Shown: positions 33,562 through 48,514 of the stretch, in pieces | Layout: each line of letters opens with the position of its first letter | Numbering within the stretch: the first letter of the stretch is position 1 | From: Selaginella moellendorffii | Taxonomy: Eukaryota > Plantae > Lycopodiophyta | Length of the DNA stretch: 64,000 nucleotides | Assembly: GCF_000143415.4 (NCBI RefSeq) | Contig: NW_003314357.1 | Coordinates: forward strand, 328,269-392,268 | Direction: 5' to 3' | Made by a program: the position numbers and the translations under genes | Notes under the pieces: model-generated | Told to the model about the DNA's origin: nothing | What the model saw: only the letters and a program-made list of their open reading frames with translations | The model's database searches: none

Positions 33562-35871
33562 ACTAATCTCTCTCAAAACCACAAGAAACCCAAATATGCA
33601 ATTGCTCCTAGTCACTGCTATAGTGTTTAACTATCTATGTTTGACCTTGCTTTGCTATTATAGAGTAGCTAAGCTAGAGTTGCTATGGTCAAGAAAGCCA
33701 CTAGAATGGAACCTAGTTGAGAAGGCCACTTGGAACTTGGCCACTAGAACGGAACCTTAGTGCATTTGGCCACAACTTAGAGAGCACAAAGTGAGCAAGG
33801 TTGGAAAAGGGCAACACTATAGAGAGCATAAATTTTATTATTTGTATATCTAGTTTTCATATCTAATATTTTTACCTCCTCCTGATAGTGTAGAGGAAGA
33901 TTTACTTTTTCTTGATGAGGTTTGTGAGGTTTAAAAAGTTGAGCCATAAATCTAAAGACTTCATAATGGGTTTAAGAAATTTTGCATCACTTATTAATAA
34001 CTTGTTGTTTTAACATTTACATTTTATCATAATATCATCTTGAGGTCACATCAAAGAATCATTTCTAAGATTGAAAGATAAATTCCTACAACAGAATGCC
34101 AGTGTGTAAGTGTGCCTACATTCCCTAGCACTATAATATGATCTATATTTTCCTCTAGTCTATTTCCCTAAAAAGTTAGCAAAAGTGTAAAAAAGAATAT
34201 ATATATATGTAGTAGAGTAGGTTTTCATTAGAATGATAGAGCACAAATTCACAAATTTGACTATTATCAATATCATAATAAATACACCTCATTCCCAAGA
34301 CTAAAACTTAATATATAAACTACCAAGAAAAGTTATAGTTTTTTTTTTGTTGTTTTTGAGCTTCTTAGAAAATTGAAAAGTTTATATAGAAATGGCTCAA
34401 TGGAAAGTCATTGCTACTTGTACTTGGACCCCAACATTTTATTTCAATCTCCAACTTTATCCCCAAGTTCTATTAACATTCCATCTTCACCTCCACATAG
34501 CAATCCCTTTTTTGCTAGGGCTTTAGTGAAATTGAATTAGAACTCAGATTGCATCCAGCACTTCAAGAGCAATGCCATATGTTTTTGTAAGATTTTACTT
34601 TTGATATGGGAAGATTGCTTGAAAGCATAAAATGCTATAAAATTTAGTGTCTAATATGCTACATTTTTTGGACAAGACAAATGGCTCCATGGGTCTACAA
34701 ATTTTTCTTGAGCATTATAGCAATTGCCTAACGGAAAATATGCAAATATGATAAATTCAAGATAAGTTAAAAACACATACCCACTATTATTTCATGGTGA
34801 GGAATAACATCCCCTTAGGAAATGTTGCATCATCTAGTGCAGAATATAAAATTTTTAGACCACCTTATAGTGGAATATAAAATCTAGAATTGCTTTATTA
34901 TACTATAATATTATCCCTTTTAAAAGGAAAAACATGTATAATAAAATGATATTATTAGGTAGGATACCCTGTTCTAGAGTGAAATATTCATAATATATTC
35001 CTATCTATACTGACAATTTATCTACATTATAAAACAATTGCAACAAATAAAGTATTAAAAGTATAGTGTTTAGTTTAGGAATTGCTTGAAAGAAGAAAAT
35101 ATGTAGGCTCTCTTGCTAGCCTTTAAATCTACTCAACAGTCATCCTTCAAATTCTAATTCTTCCATTGCCACTATTAAGGTTGAATCATCCTCTTATTCT
35201 TGATCTCCAAATTTATCATATTCTAGATGAGGACAAAGTAAATAATAGAGAGTTTTCTCAAGTTAAAGATTTCTATATATGATTTTTAGAAGAGTTTGTT
35301 TTTTATTTAGTAGGAACTAGTGAATATATTGAGAGTTTGATTCTATAGAGAAGATTCATTTTACATTTGTTGAGTATAGTTTTTGCATAGCTGGGGAGAT
35401 CAATCCAAAGTTGCCAACTCTAGAAACTCTAGTGACTATGTGTGAAGCACAAATCCCTATGCCCCAAAGTGGAGCTGAATGTGTGCTATATAGTAGTGGT
35501 TGAAGTGGAAGTTTAACGAGTATAACACATTTGGACCAAAAGTTTTGACTCAAAAAGTTGAGAGTGGGAGTGAAATTCCAAATGAAGTGCTTGAGGAATG
35601 AGCACGAAGTAATTGATAAATGAATATTTAGAAAGGGACACAAGAATGATTGATATTTGGCAAGTATTGTGACATATGAAAGTGTCGAGACCAAATCCGA
35701 GATAGAGTCCGAGATGGAGTCAAAGAGAGTTTAAGGAGTCTGAAATGGAGTCCAAAATAGAGTTTGAGAAGGAGTCTAAGATGGAGTCCGAGATGGAGTC
35801 CAAAATAAAGTTCAAAAGGAGTTTAAGATGGAGTTCGAGATGGAAACCGAGTCCAACATTGAGACTGAGAC

Positions 35872-38800
35872 TGTCGCGAATGTGACTTCAGGTATCGAAA
35901 GTTACCTATTGACCAGTCCTTACGGACACTCTTTCCTTACTGCCATGATGGCAGGAGGTCAGTATTGCTGGACCTGTTATCAGTCTCCGCTTGAGCTAGT
36001 TGAGAAACTGGTCATCACATGTGCACTTAGACCGGAAGGGCACTAAGGAAGGAAATCCTAAGTTGTCATTTGTCAAGCAGATTTGACACGGTGATGAGAA
36101 ACTCATGATGTTGACTTGCACTTGCTAGTGTTGGGAACCCCTACGATATTGAGCTTGGTCCCTCAATATCGCTAAATGATAGCTTACCGTGTCTGCCAAA
36201 CACCCTCGCTATCATGCCCTTTGTGTTGGTCTCATTTTGGTCCCAAATGCTATTTATGGAAAGTGTCCAGATTTGCTCATTTGGCATATCTACGAACACA
36301 ATAGTGTTCGTCCCGTGTCCAAATTCACAATCTAGGGACATTCCATATTTAGTAAGTTTCAAGCTTGTCCCAGATACTAACTCTTGATACTAAGGGAAGC
36401 TTGGGGTGAAAGCCCAAAGCGTGTGTTCCTCGGGGGGGGGGGGGGGTGGTGGTTATGGGGGGTTCCAAATGTATAGTAGGGATAGTGGGTAGGTCGGGCA
36501 TGGCTAACCAACCTGAGGCATAATCTAGCTCCCGCTTGCGTACCTATCCTTGTTCTGCGTCCGGCTTGGGTCTAAACCCAAGTTCCATTCTATGCTAGCT
36601 GGTGGAGTACCCATGTCCTCACGTTAGGCCACCAGTATGCCGAAATAGCGCCAGACTCTATTTGGCTCCGTTTTGCATGCTGGTCCTGGCATTAAGATGC
36701 TGGTTGCTCCAGGACTGTTCCAAGTCGCTCCGGGCTCCTGTCCCTTCGCTCCTTAGGCTATATGCTCGGGAGTTGCTCCGTGGTTCGGTTCCGTCACTCC
36801 TTGGCTCCAAGCTTGGGAGTTTGGCACTGTTCCTTCGTTTAGTGGCCCAAGGCCCTGAACCTTAGGTTCCACACCACTGTCCTTTGGACATGTGGCATGT
36901 GACATGTGGCATCTGTCATGTGGCACAAAGAGGGTTTAGGTTCCGCTTTGTGGTGTTATTCTATGGTAAATCACCATAGGATAAAGGGTCAAAACCACAT
37001 GCGCTACATTTGGTATCAGAGGATGAGTCTCAGCAATACTATCCAATGAGATTGGGCAACTAGTCTCGTTGCATACGCAGAGATGAAAACGATGATCCGA
37101 GTGGGTACACGTTTGGGTGCAAAGGCTTCGCATTTGTTCCTTGGGTATGGATTTGGTTACCGTTTTGTTCCAAATTATGTGAGTTGTTCCGTTTACACGA
37201 GTTTGCACTTGGGCTCGTGAGTGAGGCACATTAGCAACTCGAGTTTACACTTTGAGTTGGTAGGATTATTGTTAGCCTATCAGTGGTTCCATGAATTGTT
37301 CCATGTACCATGAGTGAAAGTAAACCTTTCCTAGGTTTGCTATGAGTGGCAAATACGCTAGACCATAGCTGTTTAACATGGCACTAGTGGATCCTTCCTA
37401 GGCATGATTACAAATGGATCAATAAAGACTATAGGGATTATCTATTGGTTTAAGTAGTTATTGCTGTGCTCTCTCATAAACTTTTCTTGGATTGGACTGA
37501 AGGTAGTGCAAAAGCAAACTTGAGGTTTAGTCAAAGATGAGATCGAAAAGAGAGTCGTCAGGGACAAAGGATGAAACACGTAAATCATTTTCTCTTCTTG
37601 GAGAGATAATTTGTAACGAGGTGTAACTCATTGCTCGTGTTCACATCATGCAATCAAGAATCTCTATCTTGATGCATGTTGGAAATGATGGTCTTACAAG
37701 TGGTGAGTTATGGGATGGATAGTGGTGAAGCGCTATACCATTTTGTCTAGGCTTGCTATTAGAAGACTTGGGTTACAATGCTCAATTCTTTCCGGGGAAC
37801 TTTGCTATTGCTCCTTGAGTAGCTTGGTGTTGGATTAGTTTTGAGTTTGGTCGGAAAGACAGTGGCATGAGCTTATCTATGTTGTGAACAAAAGTTAGTG
37901 GTTTTCGGTGTTGTAACCTCTATTGGTGGAGTGTGGCATTTATGTTGCATTTTGTCGAATTGAGTTGGCACTTGATGGTCACATAAACTTTTGAAGTAAT
38001 GATATGGGCATTGCTCATAGTGTTGCTCAATTGATGATCAAGTCATTGTGATTTCTATTTCATATCCATATGATAATGAGCAATGTGTTTACGAAGTTGC
38101 TTGGGTAAATGATGATCAACCCCAAAGTGGTTGATGGTGAAGCTAGTCTACTTGCACAAAGTAGCATTGTAGTAGCTTTGATTGGATTCTTGATGATGAT
38201 CCATGGTGTTAAGCTTAAGTTGGTTCCTTGTTCCTAAGAGGTTTGCCCATAAGGTGTTGGAAAAAGGGTTGTAGCATTCATTTGCTATAGCTCATTGGTT
38301 AATCTGTTAGCACTTGGAGTAGATTGTTGGATGGAGAAAATGTGTAGTTGGGGCATTGACATTACTAACACTTGTGTTAGTGGAAGTGGCATTGTTGATT
38401 TGAGTGATGAGGAATTTTCCTTAGAGCCTGATTTTCCATGTCATTTTTCTTGTTAGTGTTTTGGCTTCATATTGGATCTTGAAGATGGTTGAAGAAGAGT
38501 GTTAGTGCAATATGGATATCTGGAGATGTGGTCTTCGTGATCAAGCCTTAGATGTTCATTTTGCACTTTGCGGATGTCGGTGTTAAATTTAGAAGATGGG
38601 CAAAGATGTTCGATGCTTAAGCATATTGATGGATCATGAGAATTTGTGTTGAGGTGAACCTATGTGAAGTTGTTAGTAGGAGGAAGTTGGTTGAGTCTTG
38701 AAAGTTTGTAATCCTGGACTGAGAGTCATTCTTTCTCTAGTATGGAAAATTTTCCACAAATTTTCTTAGGCTTTTCCAATGGCTGATCTGTCGGTCACTT

Positions 38801-41800
38801 TGCTCGAAAATCATTTCATTTCGTAAGCCAGTACAAACTAGTGAAAGGGTTGGAGTTGACTTCGGTTAGCTTAAACCTTAGTATGTAGTTTGGCTCATGT
38901 GACCCGAAAGAGATGCTGNNNNNNNNNNNNNNNNNNNNNNNNNNNNNNNNNNNNNNNNNNNNNNNNNNNNNNNNNNNNNNNNNNNNNNNNNNNNNNNNNN
39001 NNNNNNNNNNNNNNNNNNNNNNNNNNNNNNNNNNNNNNNNNNNNNNNNNNNNNNNNNNNNNNNNNNNNNNNNNNNNNNNNNNNNNNCTCACTGATCTTGA
39101 CTTGGTCTTGGTGGTCCTGCGCCTTGGCTAAGGATGATGATGTCCAACTTAGTTGTTTGAAGTTGAGATGTTGGTACCCATACTATAGCTTTGTCTATAA
39201 GGAGGTTGTGTACTGATATGAGTCTATCTCATGGTCTTCACTTTAGTTTTGACTAAGTGTTGATTACGCATAGCTAGCCTCTTCAAGGCATGCTTAGAGC
39301 TATTGGCTAAATGCATTAGTGAGCTTATTGCGGTTGAGTTGAATTCGAGTGGTCATTTAATTTATGTTTTTCTATGAACTTTTATCTCGTACCTGGGGTA
39401 TCACGTTCATGTTGGACAAGTATATAACTTGATGACAAGAGTTGGTGTTTGGGTCTTGTGAAGGCAAGTTGAGGGGTGATTGTTAGTTGCTTTGTGACTA
39501 GTGATTACTTGTAGACTTAGTCGAGGACTATTGACACTTGCTTTGCTCGATGATGATTTAGCAGTGGTGGGCTTGCTTTACCGGATGGTGTTGTGGAGGA
39601 TCGTGTCATTATACTTACATGAGTTTTTCATGTTGACATGTTGACTCTACCTCTGTTGATACCATTTGGTTACATCTAGTCTGTAGTGTTGGATTTCATT
39701 GAGTCTTGGACGTGGTGAGTCACTCCTTGATGAAGTGTTATCTGTAACTGAGTTTTGCTAAAGGGTTAGTCTCAGATACTAATTAAGGTATCTTCGACCT
39801 TAGTTAGCTTGGTTGCTAAAGCGCTTTGAGTGGTGATTCACTCATGCTTTCTTCTAGCTTTGTTATGGTGTTGGTGGCATTGAAGTGATGCCTTATCGTT
39901 GATATTATTGATGTTGAGATTTGAGTGAATGCAATGTCTCTTTGAAGATTGATATTAAGTTTCATTAGTCTTGATGAAGATAGTGTTGATAATTTGGCTT
40001 CCTTGTGTTGTTGGCATTCATACATTTGCTAGTTAGCAACTGGTTGACGTTCAAAGGAACTGAGTGGCAAGTTGAATTAGTTGTGTTCTTGATGAGATTG
40101 TTTAGTAGGGGATGAGCTTTAGCTTTTCCTTGAAACATGATTTAATCGTGGACTATACTAGCCATACAAGAAAAAGAGTTAGTGATTGATATTGATAATG
40201 TTGAGTCCTTATTAGATTTGAGTTGGAATATATCAATCATTGATGATTCTTCTTGTGCTTGTTATGAAGTGAGTTACGTTTTCTATAGATGGATTCATGC
40301 AGGATCATTTAGTGATCACTTGTTGAGCATAGTTTCGTTATGCTTAGCTTTTGGATTGATGCAGACATGCTCTTTATTAGCATTGGCATTATGAAGTTTG
40401 GCTTATGGATGTGTTGAGAAAGATATTGTGGGTTGTACCATGATTTCTCTTTAGCATTGAAGTTAGTTTATGCGGAACTTGTGATCATTGTTAAGCAAGA
40501 CTTAGGTATAGGCTTCTTTAAGCTTTTGGTTCCTTGAGTTTTTATACTCATTGTTCCATTTATTTGAAGTTGTTGGGGAAGGCATTTTGGCTCCTAGCTT
40601 CAATATTGGAGTTAATATTTGCATTTAGCAATCATTGGTGATGCTTGACTATCATTTAGGATAGTTGATTATCCTTGTCAAAAAGTTTTGCTTGATTATT
40701 ATTGGTATAGAATGATTTGCCGTTCTTCAGGATGGTGGATTCCTTCTTAGTTGATGATTTTGCATCTCTTTATTGATGGGATGATTGATGATCTTTCATG
40801 ATGGTTAGTTGATCTCTTTAATGGCTTATGGCTTTTTCACAATACCATATGTTCTTTATGGTTTGCTCTAAATTGGTCTCTTGGGTTTGAGACATTAGTA
40901 GGACATTGTTGACACTTACTTAGGAAACTTGAGTTCCTTGGTATTGTTGACTGGGATCTATTCAGATTGGCTGGTGCAATGGTTGGCATGACTAAGTGTT
41001 TGTTGGTCTTACCACATTCATTATGTTTTGTTGATTATTGCTCGAGTTAGTTCTGATAGATTAGGATGTTATCTCCTTCAGGTGATACATTCACGAGCAT
41101 TGTGCTTGTCAATCAATGATACTTTGTGTTCTTTGAGTTATCTTTGGTAAGTTGTTTAGCATACTGTCTACAATCTTCGGTAGTTAAGTTTTCTCATTGA
41201 GTTTACTTAGTGATATACTTGCTATTGAATTTTGTTGGATGATGAATCCTTTGTTTTCCAAAGATAGTGATCTTGGTGGTTCCTATACTATAATACTAGT
41301 TTATTGGATGATAACTTACTTGGAATACTTTTGTGTTCTAATTTAAGCTTTATTCACTGATAATTACAACTCTACGATATCATTGTCTATGACTTTGATA
41401 TAGTCCATATATTGATCTTTGAGTTTGGGCCAGTCTAGGCAGACTAGCTTCGGCACTTCGTGTGCATGGTGAAATCTCTAGTTATGGGGTAGCTAAAGTC
41501 GACTGGTCACATAACCTGCCTCTCTATCGATATTCCTTATTCTGTTCACCGTGTAAACAACTCTAACTGCCTGTTTACAGTAGTCTATCTAAACCTTACC
41601 GACGGGTTTGGTTTCTTTGCTCAGGAGGGTGTCTTCTCTCTCTATGTCCCTATCGGTAGGGCGTATCACATTTTTGAAGTTGGGTGACACCCAGAGCAGC
41701 ACAGGTGGCTGACTCCATTGGTCATTTCCATTTCGGCGCGGCTGGAAGGTGTCTGAGCTAGTAGCGCATCTGCGTTAGACAAAGAGGTTGCCTCCTAACT

Positions 41801-43063
41801 CATTTAAGTTGGTGCATTTCTCACATAGTGTGAGTATTGTGAACTTTTTCTGGAGTTGTTTCCTTGGCGGTATTCTAGACTTAAGTATGCATTGACGAGG
41901 ACGTCGATCTTCCCTAAGGGGGGGAGAGTGTTGGGAATGTGACTTCAAATATCGAAAATTACCTGTTGACCAGTCCTTACGGACACTCTTTCCTTACTGC
42001 CACGATGGCAGGAGGTCGGTATTGCTGAACCCGTTATCAGTCTCCGCCTGAGCTAGTTGAGAAACTGGTCATCACATGTGCACTTAGACCGGAAGGGCAC
42101 TAAGAAAGGAAATCCTAAGTTGTCATTTGTCAAGCAGACTTGACATGGTGATGAGAAACTCATAATGTTGACTTACACTTGCTAGTGTTAGGAACCCTCA
42201 CGATATTGAGCTTGGTCCCTCAATATCGCTAAATGATAGCTTACCGTGTCTGCCAAACACCTCGCTATCATGCCCTTTGTGTTGGTCTCATTTTGGTCCC
42301 AAATGCTATTTATGGAAAGTGTCTAGATTTGCTCATTTGGCATATCTACGAAATGTAGAGATCGGCCTGAACACAATGGTGTTCATCTAGTGTCCAAATT
42401 CACAATCTAGGGACATTCCATATTTAGTAAGTTTCGAGCTTGTCCCAGTGACTAACTCTTGATACTAATGGAAGCTTGGGGTGAAAGCCCAAAGCGTGTG
42501 TTCCTCAAGGGCAGGGGGCAGGCTGTGGGGGGTTCCAAATGTATAGTAGGGATAGTGGGTAGGTCGGGCATGGCCAACCAACCTGAGGCATAGTTTAGCT
42601 CCCGCTTGCATGCTTGTCCTTGTTCTGCGTCCGGCTTGGGTTTAAGCCCAAGTTCCATTCCATGCTAGCTGGTGGAGTACCCATGTCCTCACGTTAGGCC
42701 ACCGGTATGCTGAAATAGCACTAAACTCTGTTTGGCTTCGTTTTGCGTGCTAGTCCTAGCATTGGGATGCTGGTTGCGCTAGGACTGTTCCAAGTCGCTT
42801 CGGGCTCCTGTTCCTTCGCTCCTTGGGTAGTATGCTTAGAAGTTGCTCCGTGGTTCGATTCCATCACTCCTTGGCTTCAAGCTTGGGGGTTTGGCACCAT
42901 TCCTTTGTTCAGTGGCCCAAGGCCTTAAATCTAGGGTTCCACACCACTGTCCTATGGACACATGGCATGTGACACATGGCATATGGAGGGTTTAGGTTCC
43001 CCTTTGGGGTGTTTTCCTATAGTAACCCCCATGGGATAAAGGGTCAAAATCGCGTGCACTCCC
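35872..43063 (+). mobile_element. Family-A non-autonomous LTR retroelement A1 (LARD-like); LTRs 35872-37008, 41929-43063
   Basis: ~1.14-kb LTRs, PBS TGGTATCAGAG at 37011, PPT AAGGGGGGGAGAG before 41929; no intact ORF inside. Confidence 0.9.
38919..39086. other. Assembly gap (N run)
   Basis: 168 N. Confidence 0.99.
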
Positions 43064-43233
43064 CTAGTTCTCGGGAGTCCAACCCCCACATTTGCCCTAT
43101 ACTTTTGGAACCCTTTAAAGTCCCCCCCCCCCCCCCCCACCCCATTCTAGGGGACGATTGTTTTGGGCTTTCACCCCTCGATCTAAATTCATATTCAGAC
43201 TCAAACTCAAAACTCAAACTCAAACTCGGTCTC

Positions 43234-46200
43234 TGTAGCGCACGTGGTTTTGACCCTTTATCCTATGGTGATTTACCATAGAATAACACCACAAAGCGGA
43301 ACCTAAACCCTCTTTGTGCCACGTGACAGATGCCACATGTCACATGCCATGTGTCCAAAGGACAGTGGTGTGGAACCTGAGGTTCAAGGCCTTGGGCCAC
43401 TGAACGAAGGAACGGTGCCAAACTCCCAAGCTTGGAGCCAAGGAGTGACGGAACCGAACCACGGAGCAACTCCTGAGCATACTACCCAAGGAGCGAAGGA
43501 ACAGGAGCCCGGAGCGACTTGGAACAGTCCTAGCGCAACCAGCATCCCAATGCTAGGACTAGCACGCAAAACGAAGCCAAACAGAGTTTAGTGCTATTTC
43601 AGCATACCAGTGGCCTAACGTGAGGACATGGGTTCTCCACCAGCTAGCATGGTGTGGAGATTGGGCTTAGACCCAAGCCGGACACAGAACAAGGACAAGC
43701 ATGCAAGCGGGAGCTAGACTATGCCTCAGGTTGGTTGGCCATGCCCGACCTACCCACTATCCCTACTATACATTTGGAACCCCCCACAGCCCGCCCCCCG
43801 CCCTTGAGGAACACACGCTTTGGGCTTTCACCCCAAACCTCTCTTAGTATCAAGACTTAGTCTCTGGGACAAGCTCGAAACTTACTAAATATGGAATAGC
43901 ACTACATTGTGAATTTGGACATATGATAAACACCATTATGTTCAGGACAATCTCTACATTCCGTAGATATGCCAAATGAGCAAATCTAAATGCTTTCCAT
44001 AAATAGTATTTGAGACTAAAATGAGACTAACACAAAGGGCATGATAGCAAGGGTGTTTGGCAGACACGATAAGCTATCATCTAGCGAATATTAAAGGATT
44101 AATCTCAATATTGCAGGGGTTCCCAACACTAGCAAGTGCAAATCAACGAATGAGTTTCTCTAACCAAGTCAAGTATGCTTGACTAAATAGACACTTAGGA
44201 ATTCCTTATGCTCATCTGGTCAAGTGTACACATGAAGATCAGTTTCTCAACTAACTTAGGCGGAGACTGATAACGGGCCCAGCAATACCAACCTCCTACC
44301 ATCGTGGTAGTAAGGAAAGAGTGTCCGTAAGGACTGGCCAACAGGTAGCTTTTGATACCCGAAGTCACATTCGCAATACTCTCCCCCTTAGGGAAGATCG
44401 ACGTCCTCGTCGATGCATACTCAAGTTGAGAATACCGCCAAGGAAACAACCCCAGAAAAAGTTTATGGTACTCACACTATGTGAGAAATGCACTGACTTA
44501 AATGAGTTAGGAGGCAACCTCTTTGTCTAACACAGATGCGCTACCCACTCAGACACCTTCTAGCCGTCGCCGACAAGGAAATGACCAATGGTGTCAGCCA
44601 CCCTTGCTATTCTAGGTGTCACCTAGCTTACAAAAGTGTGATACGCCCCTACTCGCAAAGACATAGAGAGAGAAGCTAGAGGCCCCAACCCTCCTGAGCA
44701 ATGAAACCAAACCCGTCGGTAAGGTTTAGATAGACTACTGTAAACAAGCAATTAGAGTTATTTACATGGTTATGCCCTTTTAATAGAATAAGGAACATTG
44801 ATAGAGAGGTGGGTGATGTGACCAGTCGACAGTAGCTACCCCATGACTAAAGATTTCACCATGCACATGAAGTGCTAAAGCCAATTTGCTTATACTGGCC
44901 CAAACTCAAAGATCAATAAATGGACAATATCAAAGTCATAGACAATGATATCTTAGAGTCTTAATTATCAGTGAATAAATATACCAAAAGTATTCCAAAT
45001 AAGTTATCATCCGATAAACTAGGAGTATAGTATAGGAACCACCAAGCTCATCATGTTTGGAAAACATAAGATTCACTATCCAACAAAATTCAATAGCAAG
45101 TATATCATCAAGGAAACTCAAAGATGAAACTTAACTATCAAAGATTGTGTTGTCCATGATTAAATTACTTTTTAAGGAAAAGCTCAAAGCTCAACCCCTA
45201 CTAAACAATCTCGTCTAAAACATAACTAACTCAAACTTGCCACTTAGTTCATTTGAACGTCAATACAGTTGCTAACTAGCAAATGCACGAATGCCAACAA
45301 CACAAAACTAAAGCCAAATCATCAACACTATCTTTATTGAGACTAATGAAACTTGACATCAATCTTTTGGAGAGACATCTTATGTCACTCAAATCTCAAC
45401 ATGAACAATGTCAACGACAAGGCATCACTTCAATGCCATCAACACAAGAACAAAACTAGAAGAAAGTAATAGTGAATCACCACTCAAAACTCTTTAGCAA
45501 CCAAACTAACCAAAGTTAAAGATACTTTAGTCAGTATCTGAGACTAATTCTTCAACAACACTCAGCTATAAATGGTTTTCGGCAAAGTGATCAACAAATT
45601 GCCATTGAAAAAGTCTAAGAAAATTTGTGGAAAATTTTCCATCTTAGAGAAAGAATAACTCTTAGTCTAAGAATGCAAACTTTCAAGACTCAACTAACTT
45701 TCTCTTACCAACAACTTCATATAGGTTCACCTCAACACAAATTATCATGACCCATAATATGCTTAAACATTGAACATCTTTGCCCATTTTCCAATATTCA
45801 ACACCAACATCCGGAAAATGCAAAATGAACATCCAAGGCTTGACTACAAAGACTACATCTTTGGATATTCATATTTGCACTAACACTCTTCTTCAATCAC
45901 TTTCAAGATTCAATGTGAAGCCTAAATACTAACAAGAAAAATGACATGGAAAATCAAGGTCTAAGGAGAATTCCTCATCACTTGAAATAACAATACCACT
46001 TTCACTAACACAAGTGCTAGTGATGTTAATGCCTCAACTACACACCTTCTCCATCCAACAATCTACTCCAAGTGCTAATGGATCAACTAATGAAATATAA
46101 CAAATAAGTGCTACAACCTTTTCCAACACCTCAATGGACAAACTCCCAGGAAATAATATACCAACTTGAGCTTAGCATAATAGACCACTATTGAGAATCC

Positions 46201-48514
46201 AGTTAAAGCTACTACAATGCTATTATATGTAAGTAGACTAGCTTCTCTATCAACCACTTTAGGATTAATCATCATTTGACCAAGCAACTTTGTAAACATA
46301 TTACTCACTATCACATGGATATGATATAAAAATCACAATGACTTGATCATCAATTGAGTAACACCACGAGCAATGCCAATGTCATTATTTCAAAGGTTTA
46401 TGTGAATATCAAGTGCCAACTCGATTTGATAAAATGCAACATAAATGCCACACTCCACTAATAGAGACTTACAACACCCAACACCACTAACTTTTGTTCA
46501 TAATATGGACAAGATTATGCCACTCTCTTTCCAACAAAACTCAACACTAATCCAACACCAAGTTACTCAAGGAGCAATAGCAAGGTTTTCTAGAAAAGAA
46601 TTGAGCATTGTAATCCAAGTCTTCCAATAGTAAGCTTAGACAAAATGGTATAGTGCTTCACCACTATCCATCCCATAACTCACCACTTGTAAGACCATCA
46701 TTTCCAACATACATCAAGGTAGAGACTCTTGATTACATAATGTGAATATGAGCAATGAGTCACACCTTGTTGCAAATCATCCTTCCAAGAAGAGAAAATG
46801 ATTTACGTGTTTGATCTTTCGTCCCTGATGATTCTCTTTTCAGTCTTAACTTTAACTAAACCTCAAGCTTGCTTTCGCACTGCCTTCAGTCCAATCCAAG
46901 AAAATTTTAGGAGAGAGCACGGCAATGATTACTTGAATCAATAGACTAATCCCTATAATCTTGATTGATCCACTTGTAATCATGCCGCTACAGATTAGCC
47001 TATTTACCACTCATAGCAACCCAAGGAGGTTTGCTTTCACCCATGGTACATGGAACAACTCATGGAACCATTGATAGACTAACATTAATCCTACCAACTC
47101 AAAGTTACACTTTGAGTTGCTAATGCACCTCTCTCACGAGCCCAAGCGCAAACTTGTGCAAAATTGTACACCTCAAATCCATCCTATGAGCCCAAGAGCA
47201 AGCCCACATTATAAGTTACAACAAGGTAACCAAATCCATACCCAAGGAACCATTGCAAAGCCTTTGCACCCAAACGTGTACCCACTTGGATCATCATTTT
47301 CATCTCTGTGTATGCAATGAGACTAGTTACTCAATCTCATTGGATAGTACTCGCTGAGACGTATTCTCTGATACCAAATGTAGCGTAGGTGGTTTTGACC
47401 CTTTATCCTATGATGATTTACCATAGGATAACACCACGAAGCGGAACCTAAACCCTCCATGTGCCACGTGTCATATACCACATGTCACATGCCACGTGTC
47501 CATAGGACAGTGGTGTGGAACCTGAGGTTTAGGGCCTTAGGCCACTGAACAAAAGAACAATGCCAAACCCCCAAGCTTGAAGCTAAGGAGTGATGGAACC
47601 GGACCACGGAGCAACTCTCGAGCATACTGCCCAAGGAGCGAAGGAACAAGAGCCCAAAGCAACGTGGAACAGTCCTAGAGCAATCAACATCCCAATGCTA
47701 GGACCAACATGCAAAACGGAGCTAAACAGAGTTTGGCGTTATTTCAGCATACCGGTGGCCTAACGTGAGGACATGGGTACTCCACCAGCTAGCATAGTGT
47801 GGAGCTTGGGCTTAGACCCAAGCCGGACGCAAAACAATGACAGGCATACAAGCAGGAGCTAGACTATGCCTTAGGTTGGTTGGCCATACCCAACCTACCC
47901 ACTATCCCTACTATACATTTGGAACCCCCCACAGCTCCCCCCCCCCCTCCCCTTTTAGGAACACATGCTTTGGGCTTTCACCCCAAGCCTCCCTTAGTAT
48001 CAAGACTTGAGATTTACTAAATATGGAATGGCGTTAGATTGTGAATTTGGACACGGGATAAACACCATTGTGTTCAAAACAATCTCTATATTCCGTAGAT
48101 ATGCCAAATGAGCAAATCTAAATGCTTTCTATAAATAGCATTTGGGACTAAAATGAGACTAACACAAAGGGCATGATAGTAAAGGTGTTTGGCAGACACA
48201 ATAAGCTATCATCTAGCGAATATTGAAGGATTAATCTCAATATTGTGGGGGTTCCTAACACTAGCAAGTGCAAGTTAACGAATGAGTTTCTCTAACCAGG
48301 TCAAGTATGCTTGACTAAATAGACACTTAAGAATTCCTTCCTTATGTTCATCTGGTCAAGTGCACATGCAAAAACTAGTTTCTCAACTAGCTTAGGCAGA
48401 GACTGATAACGGGCCTAGCAATACCAACCTCCTGCCATCGTGGCAATAAGGAAAAAGTGTCCGTAAGGATTGGCCGATAGGTAACTTTCAATACCCGAAG
48501 TCACATTCGCAACA
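43234..48514 (-). mobile_element. Family-A element A2, inverted relative to A1; LTRs 47379-48514 (5') and 43234-44378 (3')
   Basis: PBS CTCTGATACCA at 47366-47376, PPT complement CTCTCCCCCTT at 44379. Interior homologous to A1 with deletions. Confidence 0.9.

Noticed and set aside
37008-41928. Coding capacity in family-A interior
   Set aside because: Only faint, possibly copia-like remnants; no ORF or motif I can support.
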